Below are positions 1-13,046 of a DNA stretch of 64,000 nt, piece by piece. The stretch lies in the NCBI RefSeq assembly GCF_963921235.1, contig NC_086097.1, positions 78,680,001-78,744,000 of the forward strand, in the 5' to 3' direction. Position 1 is the first letter of the stretch, and each line of letters starts with the position of its first letter. The stretch comes from Mobula hypostoma. Lineage: Eukaryota. Both the position numbers and the translations under genes were made by a program. The notes below the pieces were generated by a model. It searched no databases and had not been told where the DNA came from. It saw only the letters and a program-made list of their open reading frames with translations.

Positions 1-249
1 TTAATGTTGTTCCTGGAGGAGACCTTTGTTTAAAATATCAACTTTTGACAAGATTTCAAATGATTGACTGAACAAAACAGTAAGAACTCACGTGATCTAA
101 GTTTAAGTTGCAAACTGAATCAAAACTCAAGTAAGTGACAGGAAGCTTGGTCATGGTTGCTGATTGTTTTTGTGATTCAATTCAGCTGGGCTCAGTATTC
201 AGCCCATATGTTTTTGCAAAATATAGCAATGGTATAGATGAAAATATAG

Positions 250-940
250 ATCTATAAAATCTATAGAGGATACAAAAATAGCCGACATTGAGTAAGAAAG
301 CTTTAAAATACAAGTAAATATAGATAGTCTGGTCAGTTGTGCTAAAAATGAAAGGCAACTGGAATTTAATACAGAGAATAAAGCATCTGGAGAGCTAAAA
401 CAGAGGAAAGAAATATACAATAAATGGAAGGATACTGGTTGAGGAAGAACCAAAGAATTGTGGAATACATGTCCACGATGGATAGAGTGCAAAGGGAATT
501 TACAAACAAAATGTTGTCAGATCTTGAAATTTTCAGCCATAGTGCAAGATTAGAAAAAAACTAGGATTGTTTTCTTTAAAATAGGTGAGACTGATGGGAA
601 ATTTAATGGCGGGGGCAGGGGGGAAGACTTGAGGATCCTAGATAGTATAAATAGGAAATGCAATAGCAGGATGGCCAAAGTCCAGGAGTAAAGTTTTAAA
701 AGTAATTGCTAGAAAGCATATGAAGGAAAATATTTTCATTAAACACATGGGAACTGTTAGAAATCCATTACCTGAAAGTGTGCTGGTTCTAGTAAAGTTC
801 ACCACATTCATAATGTACTTGGACGTGTGCTTGAAGAACCATGACCTGCAGACCTTTAGACCTATTACTGGGATCAATACCTTTTTCAACCAGCACTTAT
901 TTTGGAGGGAGCAATCTCCATTGTGTTGTAATTTTCTATA
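250..940 (+). mobile_element. Highly decayed CR1-like LINE 3' fragment
   Basis: Residual CR1 RT 3'-end and UTR motifs (tggaatttaatacagag, ttcattaaacacatgg...tgggaactg) resembling the better-preserved CR1 copies in this window. Confidence 0.45.
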
Positions 941-1099
941 GCAGATTTTCCAGATACCATTCAACAAATTATTTCATTTTGAAAGCTATATTCCAATACA
1001 TTATAAACAAAGTCACTTTATTTGCTGCAACTTGACAAGACTGGTTCTGCAAGAATGAGCAATATTCCAATAGATCCCAGGTTTTGTATACTCACAAAA

Positions 1100-1575
1100 G
1101 AAGGAAGCATGCACACAAGAGAAAGCACCATATACAAAAACATGCTGCAAGCAGTCCACAGTGGAATAATATCAGCATACAGGCAGCCCATTTATGTGGA
1201 CAAGAAGTGCACAATGTCAGGGCTGCACATAAATCAACTGTATGTTTTGTGCAAGCACCACACACATGCTGCAAGCAGGCTGCATTTTCAGTGCAAGTGA
1301 TATACCTGAGTAGGTTGTACACTTCCAGCAAGCATCATATACAGGCAAACTGCACCAGTGGTACCAGCACTCTTCACCAGCAGCCTGCACATTCACTGCC
1401 AACTCTGTACTCGAAGGCCACAGGTTACCCTGAAAAGGCTGCACGCCCATTACCAGCACTGTACATGGCACACTTTCATTGCAATGCCAACTCCATACAC
1501 AGGCAAGATGCCTATTTGATACCAACACTGTAAGAGGGCATGCTGTGCAACACTGAACATAAGCAAGTTGCACAG
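1100..1575. repeat. Degenerate C/A-rich tandem-like repeat
   Basis: Recurring words catgctgcaagcag (1141, 1265), catatacaggca and ccagcact; several overlapping ORFs with no recognisable product. Confidence 0.45.
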
Positions 1576-1760
1576 TCAGTGCAGTAAACGTAGTAGGAGT
1601 TATAGGTGGGGAGGTAGGGGAAAGTGTTTGGAAGTTAAAGTCAAATATAGCAGAAAAAGTAAGTAGATTTCAGCTACTCCATTATTAACTGGGTCTGCCT
1701 TGATGTGAAAGAGTGAGTAGAGTTTCTAAAATGCATCCAGGAGAGCTTTCAGAGATAGAA

Positions 1761-2760
1761 AAGTCAAGTTTATTGTCATTTAACTACATACGTGTATATG
1801 AGGTATATAATGCATACAGAAATGTCACAACGTTTCTCCGAACCAGGGTGTAAAGCGCGGAACACACGATAACTTATGAGGTAACGATAAAATCTACAGA
1901 TGAATCTCACATAAATAACAAACTAAAGTGTATTAATACTAAATATTGTAAGGTACGGAACATATTAACCAGTAGCTCTTCTAATACGATGAGGCCGGGA
2001 GTTTAGAAGCCTAATGGCCTGGGGGAAGAAACTGTTTCTCATCCCGACCGTTCTTGTTTTTATGCATGGTAGTCTCCTGTCTGATGGTAGAAAGTCAAAG
2101 AGGATGCTGGATGAATGGGCGGGATTCTTAATAATTTTAAGGACAGTGCGTATGCAGCGCTCCTGATAAATATCCCCAGTGGATGGTAGTGAGACCACTA
2201 CAGTATCCTCTCAGCCATTTTCATAGTCCTTCGTAGGGACTTCAGATCCGAAGCTCGACTGCTCCCATACCCGATGGAGATGCAACTAATCAGATGCTCT
2301 CAATGGTGCTCCTGTAAAACGTAGTTAGGATTGGGGAGGGGGGGGGGAGAGTCTTGTTTGCCTCAGCCTTCTTAGGAAGTGGAGACGCTGCTGTGCCTTC
2401 TTATGCGGGGAAGTGATATGAAGGTACCACGTGAGGTCATCCGTGATGTGAACTCCCAGGAACTTGGGGTACTTAACTCTCTCTACGTAGAAGCCATGTA
2501 TTCGCAGAGGGGAATGGTTTTTCTGCACCTTCCTGAAGTCCGCAATGATTTCCTTTGTCCTGACCACGTTCAGGCTTAAGCTGTTCTTCTCACACCAATC
2601 CACCAGCCGCTCCACTTCCTCTCTATGCTCTGGCTTGTCATCGTTTTTGATAAGGCCATCCACTGTTGTGTCATCGCAAACTTGATGACACGGTTTTAAC
2701 TAGATCCTGCGACACAGCAGCGGGCTGAGCACACAGCCTTAGGAGCGCAAGTGCTCAGCG
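1761..2760 (-). mobile_element. Rex1/Babar-type LINE, 3' part
   Basis: ORFs give REEVERLVDWCEKNSLSLNVVRTKEIIADFRK, KFLGVHITDDLTW, KKAQQRLHFLRRL and NSFFPQAIRLLN; AATAAA plus short-repeat tail near 1761. Confidence 0.85.
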
Positions 2761-3239
2761 AAAAGGAGCAGTACTCAACGAATCTCAGAGAATATAGCCA
2801 AAGTCGAGTTTACTGCCTTGTGCCTAAGTACATGAATGCACGGGCACTGACTTGCAGAGGCATCACAAGCACATAGCTTCGTATAAACATCATTCACGAG
2901 AAACGCATAAATTATACCCATTTTTTCCAAGGGAAAAAAAAGAGAACACACTAAGTCCATTTTAGTGCAAAGTGATCACAGTTGCCATAGTTTTGTCTCC
3001 GGCCAGATGATTTAAGTGTCAGTGTAAATATAAGAAAATGGGAGCAGTAGTAGCAGAATCAGGATTTAGCCCCTCAAGCCTACCCCACCAGAACACAGGA
3101 AAACCGGCATACTGCAAGCTCTAAACACAAATAGACTATCTAGTACTCTAAACCTAATATTCTCTGCAATACATGGATAGACTTCTCATGCCCTGATATT
3201 GCTGTTCTAGGTCAAACTGCGCAGGCTCTACTAGTTCCA

Positions 3240-3560
3240 TGTACCAACTGCCGTCCCTCTGTCCCTGAATCCCGCCGAGTCTCAGGCACCGCACTCGGGC
3301 ATTTAGGCAGCCTCTGGGGCGTTCATAGCAACGGCTCTGTGGGGAGGGTTGATGCAGGTGAACGGGCCCCGCATCGCCTTCCTAACTGATGGAATCATCC
3401 CTTAAGCTGTCAGTGACCTGGCCCCAAAGTCAAAAGTGGACTAAGAACGAAAACATTTTACCAGACGATCGAAAATAGATTGAAAGAAGTTGAGCTCTCG
3501 CCGCTAATGGATGCCCAGGGTCCCGGATGTGGTTGCTATTCAAACCAAAGGCAACTTTAT
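3240..3560. promoter_or_regulatory. CpG-enriched putative promoter with RFX X-box-like and ETS motifs
   Basis: Local CpG enrichment in sequence not recognisable as a repeat; GTTCATAGCAAC (3321-3332), CCGGATGT (3523-3530), GTTGCTAT (3532-3539). Confidence 0.4.
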
Positions 3561-5419
3561 TTATAGGTTTTGAACATTGTTGTTCTGATGTCGCTGTTGC
3601 ATAATTCCGATAGACTGCAACAGACATGGTCATCATTGCTGCTGCCGACAAGCTCGCCACTGTCTGCTAGATCAGGGCAGTTGGCATTTAAGGAGAAACT
3701 AGATATGCATTAGAGGAGAAAGTACAGGGTTCTTTGATTGCGATGTGAAGTCTGAAGAAGGAACATGAATGCCAAATGCTTTTCCTCCAGTGTATGTTCT
3801 GTGAGATTCCATATGATTCAACTAAATACTTGCAGCAACCTTATGAAATATAATAATGCTGCGAATTTGACAGCGTGCCAGACAAGCTTTTCACTCTATC
3901 TCGATGCATGTGACAATAATGTAATTCCGATCCTCTGCAGCAGCCAGAGATATACAAGAAACTGGCCCATATGTAATGCGCATTTCTTTAAAATAGCAAA
4001 ACTGGAGATTCTTTCCTGATAGTAGATCCACTGTTTGTTAAGAAAATAAAAACTGAAAGGCCTGTATTTATATAGCACTCCTTACAATTATTTCAGAGCA
4101 TACCAAAGTGCGTTACAACCAATAATTTAAAGCAGTGCTACTGTTGCGATTCAGGAAAAACCGAGCGTGCTTATTAAATACAGAGTGTGGCCCAGGAGCA
4201 GTCAGGAATCATTAAACAGTTTTATATTAAGATTCTTGATTTCTAAAACAAAGTCTTTATTTTCAGACATTTCTATTTTACATCCTTAAGACTTTATAAC
4301 CACCCTAATCCAACCCGATGTTCGGCATCGGATGGGAGCCAATAGGAAACTTTGCCATATTAAGTATTTTGGCGCTTGCATTGTGCTTCTATTAACAGCG
4401 GGAATAATTTAGACCTGAACAGGATGAACTTCCACACTAAAAAAGGGGATTACTCACGCTACATATCTCTTACACTTAGGGTGGTATATCAGTTAATGCT
4501 GCTATCAGACAGCTCCAGGAACCTGTGCTTGCCTCTATCATCGCAGACTGTCTCTGTAAAGGGTGCACTTTCCATCCTCGACAGCGTGTGTTTTCAAGAA
4601 ACTGTGCAAAAAGGTCCATTGACTAAGTAAATTATTGCCTAATGAAGGTAAGTGATAAAAATAAATCTAAAGAGGTATGTTGGGCATGTGAGAGGGGAAG
4701 CAAGTTGCAAAGGTGCACAGAAACAGTAAGTAGGATTGACAGGATTGCCCTTCTGAGAGTCAATAGGGATCTCATTGCTAAATGTCTTCTTTCTATTAAA
4801 TTACATACAAGATATTATACAATATTTGATTAACTGAAGTATCATCTTGCAAAATCAACCACCATCATACTTCTTATCTTGTTACAAAACAGAAACAGGA
4901 AATTATTTAACTGGTACTATAATCAGACATGAAAGGTTTCATGGTCGATATTATGGTACAATTTTTTTTATTTTTTGAGTGTAATTTCCTTCTTATTAAC
5001 AATAACAACAATAAATCAAAGAGTTGTAAGAGAAATTGAGATTTTATTATACTAAATTTCCTGCATCTAATATAGATTGGTCTCCAACTTACCACCTTAC
5101 ATTCCACTGAAACTGATTAAATTTTAATTCAAAACAAATGATTTCTTCACTAAGTATGTGTTAAAAGAAATAGTTCACTCAAACAATCACCAAGAAAAAA
5201 AAATCAAATAAGAAGCCCCCAGATTTCCTCCAGATCTTGAGTCTGTGTATAGTTTTCACATCCTTTCTGTCACTGCAAGGCTATGCCAATATCCCAAAAC
5301 CAAATTGGTTGGTAGATTAATTGACCACTGTAAGTTTCCTTAATTCATAGATAGAATCTGGGGGAGTTGGGGAGACTAAAGATAGTATTCATGTAGTCAT
5401 ATTTTCAGTAGTTTCAACA

Positions 5420-7345
5420 TAATTATGATAGGGGTGGCCCTTGGGCTGAGATTCTAAATTGGAGAAAGGCCAGTTCTGATGGCATCAGAAAAGAGCTGGC
5501 AGCTGTGGAATGAAATAGGCAAAGGGCCACATGGTAAGTGTGAGGTCTTCAAAAGTGAAATACTGAGAGTACAGAATTTGTATGCTCCTATTAAAATAAA
5601 AAGCAAGACTAACAGATTTATGGAACCTTGGTTTTTTTGAGAGATATTAAGGACCTGGTTAAGAAGAAAAATTAGGCACATATCAAGTAGAGGCAGTCCA
5701 GATCCTATGAGACACTTGGGAATATACGAGATGCAAGAGAACACAGAAGAGAAATCATGACATAACGTTGCAGCCAAGGTGAAAGAGAATCCCAATCATT
5801 ATGTTCATCTATGCATGGATCCAAAAGATACAGGGGAGTTTTTTTTTTGCATGTCTATTTACTTAGGAAACATGCACAGGGTCTACAGAACAGAGGCAAA
5901 ATAAAGTAGTAAAGGTTATAGACCATATCCAGATTACGGAAAAGATGCTTGCTACCTTGAGCCAAGTTAGGGTAGGTAAATCCCCAGAGCCTGACAAGGT
6001 GTCCCCTTGGACCTTGCAGGAGGCTAATAAAGAAATTGCAGGGGCCCTAGATGAGATATTTAAAACATCCTTAGCCACAACAAGGTGCAGAGGACTGGAG
6101 GACAACAAATGTTCCATTGTTTAAGGAAGTCTGTAAGGATAAGCTGAAAGTTATAAGCCAGTGAGCCTGACATCAGTTATGAGTGAATCATTGAAATGTA
6201 TTACAAAGGACAAGATATATACTGTAACACACAAAGTTGCTTGAATTTCCAGCATCTGCAGAATTCCTCATGTTTACGAAGATATATACTGTAAGTATTT
6301 TGATAGACAGGACATAACTAGGGGTAATCAACCTGGCTTTGTGTGTGGTAGGTCACATCTAACCATTCTTGTAGAGATTTTTGAGGAGGTTATGAGGAAC
6401 AAAAGGCACTGGACGTTGTCTACATGGACTTTAGCAAAGTCCCACATGGAAAGTTGGTCCAAATGATTGACATTCAGGATGAAGTCATAAACTAGGCTCA
6501 TGATTGGCTTAACAAGAGAATACAGAGAGGGATAGTAGATGGTTGCCTCTCTGACTGGAGCCCTGTAACTAGTAGTGTGCCGCAGGGATCAGTGCCAGGT
6601 CTGCTGTTGTTTGTCATCTCTATAAATTACTTAGGCGATAATGTGGTAAACTGGATAAGTAAATTTGTGGATGACACCAAGACTGGGGGAGTAGTGGACA
6701 GCGAGGAAGGCCAGCAAAGCTTGCAGTGTGAGCTGAACCAGCAGGTAAAATAGGCTGAAAATTATAGATGGAATTTAATGCAGGCAAGTGTGAGGAGTTG
6801 CACTTTGGGAGGGAAAAACAGTAGGATTTACACAGTGAAGGGATCTGGGAATGCAGATCCATAATTCTTTGACAGTGACACCACCGGTAGATAGAGTTGC
6901 AAAAAGAGCTTTTGGCACATTGCCCTTCATAAATCAGACTACTAAGTACAGGAGCTGGGATGTTATGTTGAATTTTTATAAGACTTTAATGAAGACAAAC
7001 TTGGAGTATTGTGTGGAATTCTGGTACCTACTGGAAAGATATCAATAAACCTGAAAGAACGTAGGGAAAACTTACAGGGCTGTTTTAGCATCATTGATTT
7101 ACAGAGTCATACAGCATGGAAATGAGCCCTTTGGCCCAACTAGTCAGTGCTGACCAAGTTCATTATCAATCCACGTACCTGCCCAAGCACCTTTTAAATG
7201 TTAATGTACCTGCCTCAACTACTTCCCATGGCAGCTTGTTCTATATACTGACCACACTCAGGTCCCACTAAAGCTCTTAATCTTACATATGTCCTTAGGT
7301 GTTGCTAGGGCTTGAGGATTTGAGTTATAGACAAAGGTTCAATAG
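5420..7345 (+). mobile_element. Decayed CR1 LINE ORF2 fragment with nested insertions
   Basis: CR1 RT-coding motifs: VYMDFSK (gtctacatggactttagcaaag), SSVPQGSV (agtagtgtgccgcagggatcag), KFVDDTK (aaatttgtggatgacaccaag), LEYCVEFW. Confidence 0.85.
6228..6278. mobile_element. 51-bp Penelope terminal fragment with 16-bp TSD
   Basis: AAGATATATACTGTAA at 6212-6227 and 6279-6294 flanks sequence matching the 12912-12968 Penelope terminus, mostly in inverted orientation. Confidence 0.8.
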
Positions 7346-7810
7346 CAATGCACACAAAAATGCTGGAGGAACACAGCAGGCCAGGCAGCATCTATGGAAA
7401 AGAGTAAACAGTCAATATTTTGGGCTGAGACCCTTCATCAGGACTGGAAAGAAAGGGGAGAAGTCTGAGTAAGAATGTAGGGGGAGGGGAGGAAGTACAA
7501 GATGGCAGGTGATAGGTGAAACCGTGACTGGGGAGAGGGTAAAGTAAAGAGCTGGGAAGTTGATTGGTGAAAAAGATAAAGGGCTGGAGAAGAGGGAATC
7601 TGATAGGAGAAGACAGAACACCATGGAAGAAAGAGAAGAGGGAGGAACACCAGAGGGAGGTGATGGGCAAGTAAAGAGACAAGGTGAGACAGGGAAACAA
7701 ATGGGGAATGGTGAAGGGGGGGGGACCAATTACTGCAAGTTCGAGAAATCGATGTTCATGCCATCAGGTTGGAGGCTAACCAGCTGGAGTATAAAGTGTT
7801 GCTCCTCCAG
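7346..7810 (-). mobile_element. Penelope 3' fragment with decayed hammerhead (7409-7446)
   Basis: Colinear with 12940-13420. Minus strand reads cagtc-CTGATGA-agggtctcagccc-AAAA-tatt-gactg, so the GAAA core is mutated. Confidence 0.85.
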
Positions 7811-8529
7811 TCAATCCTCCAGATTGACAGTCAGTATGGACATGGTGGGCTGAAGTGATCATTGCCATGATGAATCATTCTTTTACTCTATACCTATAAA
7901 GTTTTCAAAGTATTAAGAAAAAATACATTCTTATTCAAATCATCTATCAAATGTTTATTGTAGCACAGGACTACAACAAAAAAATGATGAGAGTTGACAG
8001 TTGACTCACCAGCTAAAACAGGAGAAAGAAAGTAATTGCAACAGCATTAACAAGCAGGAGAGGCAACTGGAGCTAAAACCTGCTAGAATTAAAATAACTT
8101 TTCTGCAGTTCGTGCAGCATCTGTGGAATAAGAAACAGTTAGTGTTTCAGATCTGAGACTCTTTGTCAAAAGTTGGAAAAGGAGAAAAAATAGTTTTAAG
8201 CTGCTGAGAAGGTGAGGAAGGATGGGAAGAATAAAGAAATATCTTAGATAGGAAAGGCCAAATGACGTGAACCTATTATACTTCTTTTCCTGTGCTGCGT
8301 TGCAAATAGCAGTGCTATGGGATAGGCCCTGTAGACCAAACTACACAAATCAAAAGAGAAAAACTGAGCTAAAATTATGGCAGGCAGAATCTGTCAGTTA
8401 AGATACAGATAGAAAAAAAGTCAATTATGTATAATTGGAGAATTTTATATTGAATTCAGAGTACTGCATCATGTCAGGACAGAAGACATGGTAGTATTCC
8501 TAAGCCTGCGACCACTGCTTGGTTAGAGT

Positions 8530-9618
8530 TGTCATAACGGGGATGCTGGTGGCGGACCCAAATGCAACACACAGACACTGAAGTACTAGGAACAGGACTC
8601 AGAGTGTCAAGAAAGCAAAGGAAGTGGGGAAGAAAGGACACTGGACATTGACACAGGCCCTGGATGAGACTAGGATGCAGGGCCTGGGCTAGGACATGGA
8701 CAAGAAACACAGAACCCAGACAAGGAACTAGGAACAAGGAGCCTGGACTAGTGACACAGAACTCCAGAACCAGAGCCCGGACAAGGACCCAGAACCTGGG
8801 TCTTGGTTGGGACTCGGAACTAGGATGTTGGCAAGGACAGGACGTGGCTACAGAACAGGACATAGAACTCCTGCACAGGACAAGGCACATGGACAGGACG
8901 AGAACACAAAGCCTTGACTTGGACAGAATGAGAGACTCCTGGACAGGATGAGGGAACCCCAGCACGGGGCTGGACGAGGTACTCCAGGGTTGGGTGAGGC
9001 ACATGGACAGGTTGAGAACATGATGCCTTGACTTGGTCTTGGGGAGGCAGGTAACCCAGAGCCTTGGTCTTGGGGAGGCCGGCAACCCAGAACACAGAGC
9101 CGGGACCACTCCTTGGGAACAGGACGTAGGGCCGGGTCTCATACACAGAATGCTGAACGCGATGAGACAGTTCTCAACACAAGGTAGCGGCAAACAGCCG
9201 GACCTACCTAGCAAAGGATTGGACACAGAGACAGTTCCCAACTCAAGGTAGTGGCAAACGGCCGAACCTACTTAGCGAATGCAAGGACACAAAGAGACAG
9301 TTCCAAACAATGAAAGACAGTTCCTTATCTAGTCACAGCAAGGCTCCAGTCTTGCTCCGGCAGTAGAACTTGACAGCAATACAGGCGAGATTGCAGACAA
9401 GTCTTCAGGCCAAGGCTTCGGAAGGAAAAAGAAGGGAAGGGAACAGTCCAGCAACTGAAGCTGAACCCAGGAGCTGTTTATGTAGCCAGTTCAAAATGGT
9501 AATCATGTGCCTCAATTTAGGTGCACAACAGGACAGGGGAAAACTGGAAAACCTGGAATAAGGAACGATGGACTGGACCGTGAACTGGAATGCGGACTTC
9601 GCGGGCCGGACCATGACA
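8530..9618 (-). mobile_element. Solo LTR (Gypsy-type) with internal tandem repeats
   Basis: TGTCA...TGACA termini; 5-bp TSD AGAGT (8525-8529, 9619-9623); interrupts an old Penelope remnant. Strand is inferred from similarity of its left end (gacccaaatgc) to the chromovirus LTR at 40803. Confidence 0.85.
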
Positions 9619-12600
9619 AGAGTGGGAGTGGGATATTAAATTAAAGAAGCAAGCAATCCTGTGCAGGTTCTTTGCAAAGAGATATCACAATCTCTGCAGT
9701 TCAATAAAGAAGAAACCATATCAAGGCTGCCACTACATCTTTCATCCACTGTGCTTTAATTTGTCATTGGTCTTGAATGGAGCAATTTATAAAACATTCT
9801 TATGAAGCTTAAACAAAATCTACTGTCCTATCTTCAGTAACTTTTTCCTTGGTTAATGTTTTATTCTTTGTATCTTTATAAAGTATTTCAGTATTACCTT
9901 TTATGTTGCCTGCTGATCTTTCTTATAAATATAATTTACCATTTTTTCAGTTTTTCTTGCACTTTTTTGCAAATAAACTTATATTTCTGCTGTTATTACA
10001 AACAAGGAAAATGAACCTGATTCATTTTAAATACAACTTTGCCATTCATTCGGGGAGTTCCACCTTTGGACATCTTTCCTTCACCTTTGTAGATGTGTGT
10101 CTAGTCTGTACACATTCTTTTTACTCTCTTAAAATCCTCCAATTATTGACTTACTGTTTTGCCTGCCAGTCAACCTCAGCCAAATCCCAATTCAGCTCAC
10201 TGAATATCTAAATTAATGATTGTTCAAGGAGACATTAGAAGCAGAGATTTTCCTTCAACTGGGCCACTATGAAGTCTTTGAGATGTGGATGTTCTTTTTT
10301 CCCTATTGCTAAAGGCAGTGAAAAACAGACGTGTTGGTTCTCCAAAGACAATAAAATAAATACAAGGTCCACAGCATAAATAATAAGCTGGACGTTTTTA
10401 AGACCTAAAAGCAATCATAATAAAGTATTTTAATTTGTGATCTTTGAAACGTAGCTACAAATCAAATACAACACAACCAGAGAAAAATGATACAGGCTAA
10501 AAAAATATCCAAAGTGGAACCCAATAAAAAATTGTTAGTACACACTTCATATGTTTAAATTGGATTTTTCAATTAATGACAGGGAAACAGAGATCTAACA
10601 TTCTGGCAGAACAAAAAGTCACTGTTCTTGTAATATTAAGTTAAAGTTATAATTTAATTTGATACATATTTAAAATCTTATGAAAATTTGCTGACCAGTG
10701 TACATTAAAGTGTAAAAAATATCATGCTTCTATTTCTAATTTTTTTGGGAAATACAGCTTGCAGATCACTGCCTAAAATCTGGCTGGATGCATTCTTCGA
10801 GTTGAGTAACAGTGACACATTCCAGAATTAAATTACTGATTAATGCTATTGTAAATACAGTGCCATTGGGCAATTTAGTAAGTCAGCCTTTGCATGACAT
10901 GATGATTTGAAAGTTAAGAAGCTCTCAAAAGCAGCACAAATCTTCAATAAGGAAAATATTACGATTCATTGCCCTTACGTCAGAAATTGATTGTTATAAA
11001 ACTTAAGTTGATCAATCTATTCTCTTGCAAAAATACAAATAACTAGTAAAATATTGATCTGTTAAGAAAATCACAATGACTTAAGTAAGTTTCAATACTT
11101 AAAGCACAATTTTTTTCTGTTTATCTTAAAGCAACAAAGTTGAAATGCAATCAATAGGCCTTGGTCCAACAAGATTATTTGAGAGGCATCATTTTATTTC
11201 TAAGCAGTTTTTGTTATTGAAATTTAATATTTGCCTCCACTTTGGCAATTTACATCCTATCTTATGCTGGCTTTGGTCACTTTAAACTTCTTGTAGGTTT
11301 CTTCCTTCTTAAGTGAATATTTTTCCTCAGAATAAAACTAATTGAAAAATTTGCATTAGAACACTAAACAGAGTTTATGTGACAAGAATAGAAATTAAAC
11401 TTCTTCGAACACCTTTACTTCCTTCAAGCAGAATCAACTGTAATCAGTATGTAAACGGGAAGAATTCACACGCATTCTGCAGTTTACCTTCAGAACAAAC
11501 TTCTCTTTATTACAAGCTGTTGTCAGCAAGAAAGTCACTCATATTGGAACAAATGCTCCCCAATCCAAAGTTTTCATTATTTTTATACTTCTTATATACT
11601 TCCTCCCGTCATCCGCCGCCATCCCAACCTGGCATGTGCTCTGTATACCATAGTGTGACATAACCCCTTTGCAGTGTCAAGCTTCAGTGCCTATGTGGTA
11701 GTGAGCTTTCTAGTTTCAGTGCTTTGTGTACTACGTGAGTGTGAGCAGTTCTACTTTTACCTAATATGTACAAAGGCAAGATGCTATCCTGGAGTTTATG
11801 GGATTGTTTTTAGGTTGGCAACCAGGCACATTTACTACAGTTGACTTTAACCTGCAGTTCATGGCTTGGTCTGGTTTGAACCTGCTGCAGACTTTAACTG
11901 CCTGGTACTACCCCTGTAGTGTACTCCCTTATCTCTCTACTACATAATCAATCCCCTTCTATCTCACCGCTGTGCTATAGAACCAAAAAAAAATCACTAT
12001 TCCGTACTTCACAGCACATATTGGATTGGAAGCTCTGTTGTCTGGATTTGGCACACACTTACCCTTGGGCCACACTCTCTCACCCAGCATGGTCCTTGGC
12101 ACCGTCTTCTGTGGGAGGCCATAATCCAGCTGAATGCTGTGGTACAGCAAAACTCAAGATGCCATGATAGCTTTGCCTCCAGTACGTCTTTGAAAGTTGG
12201 TGAAGCCCCATCCCAGACTCACCACCTATCAGTGAGATTCAATGTTGATGGAATTCCCTAATGTCACAAATACTCTACTATACCTAGGCATGATTAAACA
12301 CCTACAATTAAAAAATAAAGTTGCTTAAATATGAAGACGCTGGTAGGTGCACACACATAATAATTAAATTAACTGAACTGAATCAAAGAAAATGATCATC
12401 TTACCATCTGCAGACAGGAATATACACCCAAAAATTTTAATGTGGCTGCTGTTCTTTCTCCAGGCTCAGAGGGAAAATGTTTCTGGGCTGAGGATCTGAG
12501 AAACATATCTTCACAGTAAGACTACAGGTATTATCCAGGTATCCAGGATTTGGGACCAGCATTGTGGAAGGCTGCACTCCAGTTTGCCCTTGGGATTTCC

Positions 12601-13008
12601 AGGTTTCTGCCCAGGTTTCTCTCAGATCTGCCAGCTTTAAGCAGATGAACTGCCCCATTATTTCATTAGAATGATGATGGAATTTCTTTAGCATTAATGC
12701 ATATATTGACAAACAGAATGTTTTCAAGCAATAATCCCTATGTTAAAATTCAATAAAATAATTTTTTAAATGGACTTGTCAAAAGTAATGTACAATTTGC
12801 ATACTGTTTCCCAAACACTGCCCCTCTCAACCCTCCCCAAACACACCTAGTAAGTTTATCTGTAATTATTAAAATGTAATTATTTTAATAAAATAAACCA
12901 ATCCATTCTGTAAACAACAGGAATTCTGCAGATGCTGGAGATTCAAGCAACACACATCAAAGTTGCTGGTGAACGCAGCAGGCCAGGCAACATCTGTAGG
13001 AAGAGGTG

Positions 13009-13046
13009 CAGTCGACGTTTCAGGCCGAGACCCTTCGTCAGGACTA
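13009..13046 (-). ncRNA. Minimal type I hammerhead ribozyme (Penelope pLTR)
   Basis: Minus strand UAGUC-CUGACGA-agggucucggccu-GAAA-C-GUC^GACUG: intact core, stem I UAGUC/GACUG, palindromic ACGU in place of stem III. Predicted cleavage between 13014 and 13013. Confidence 0.88.

Noticed and set aside
1022..1573. Overlapping 80-150-aa His/Cys-rich ORFs, and possible CRISPR-like periodicity
   Set aside because: Degenerate simple repeat with no constant repeat/unique spacer pattern; eukaryotic context.
8474..9241. 255-aa ORF on the minus strand
   Set aside because: Lies almost wholly in the repeat-rich solo LTR; low-complexity product with no recognisable domain.
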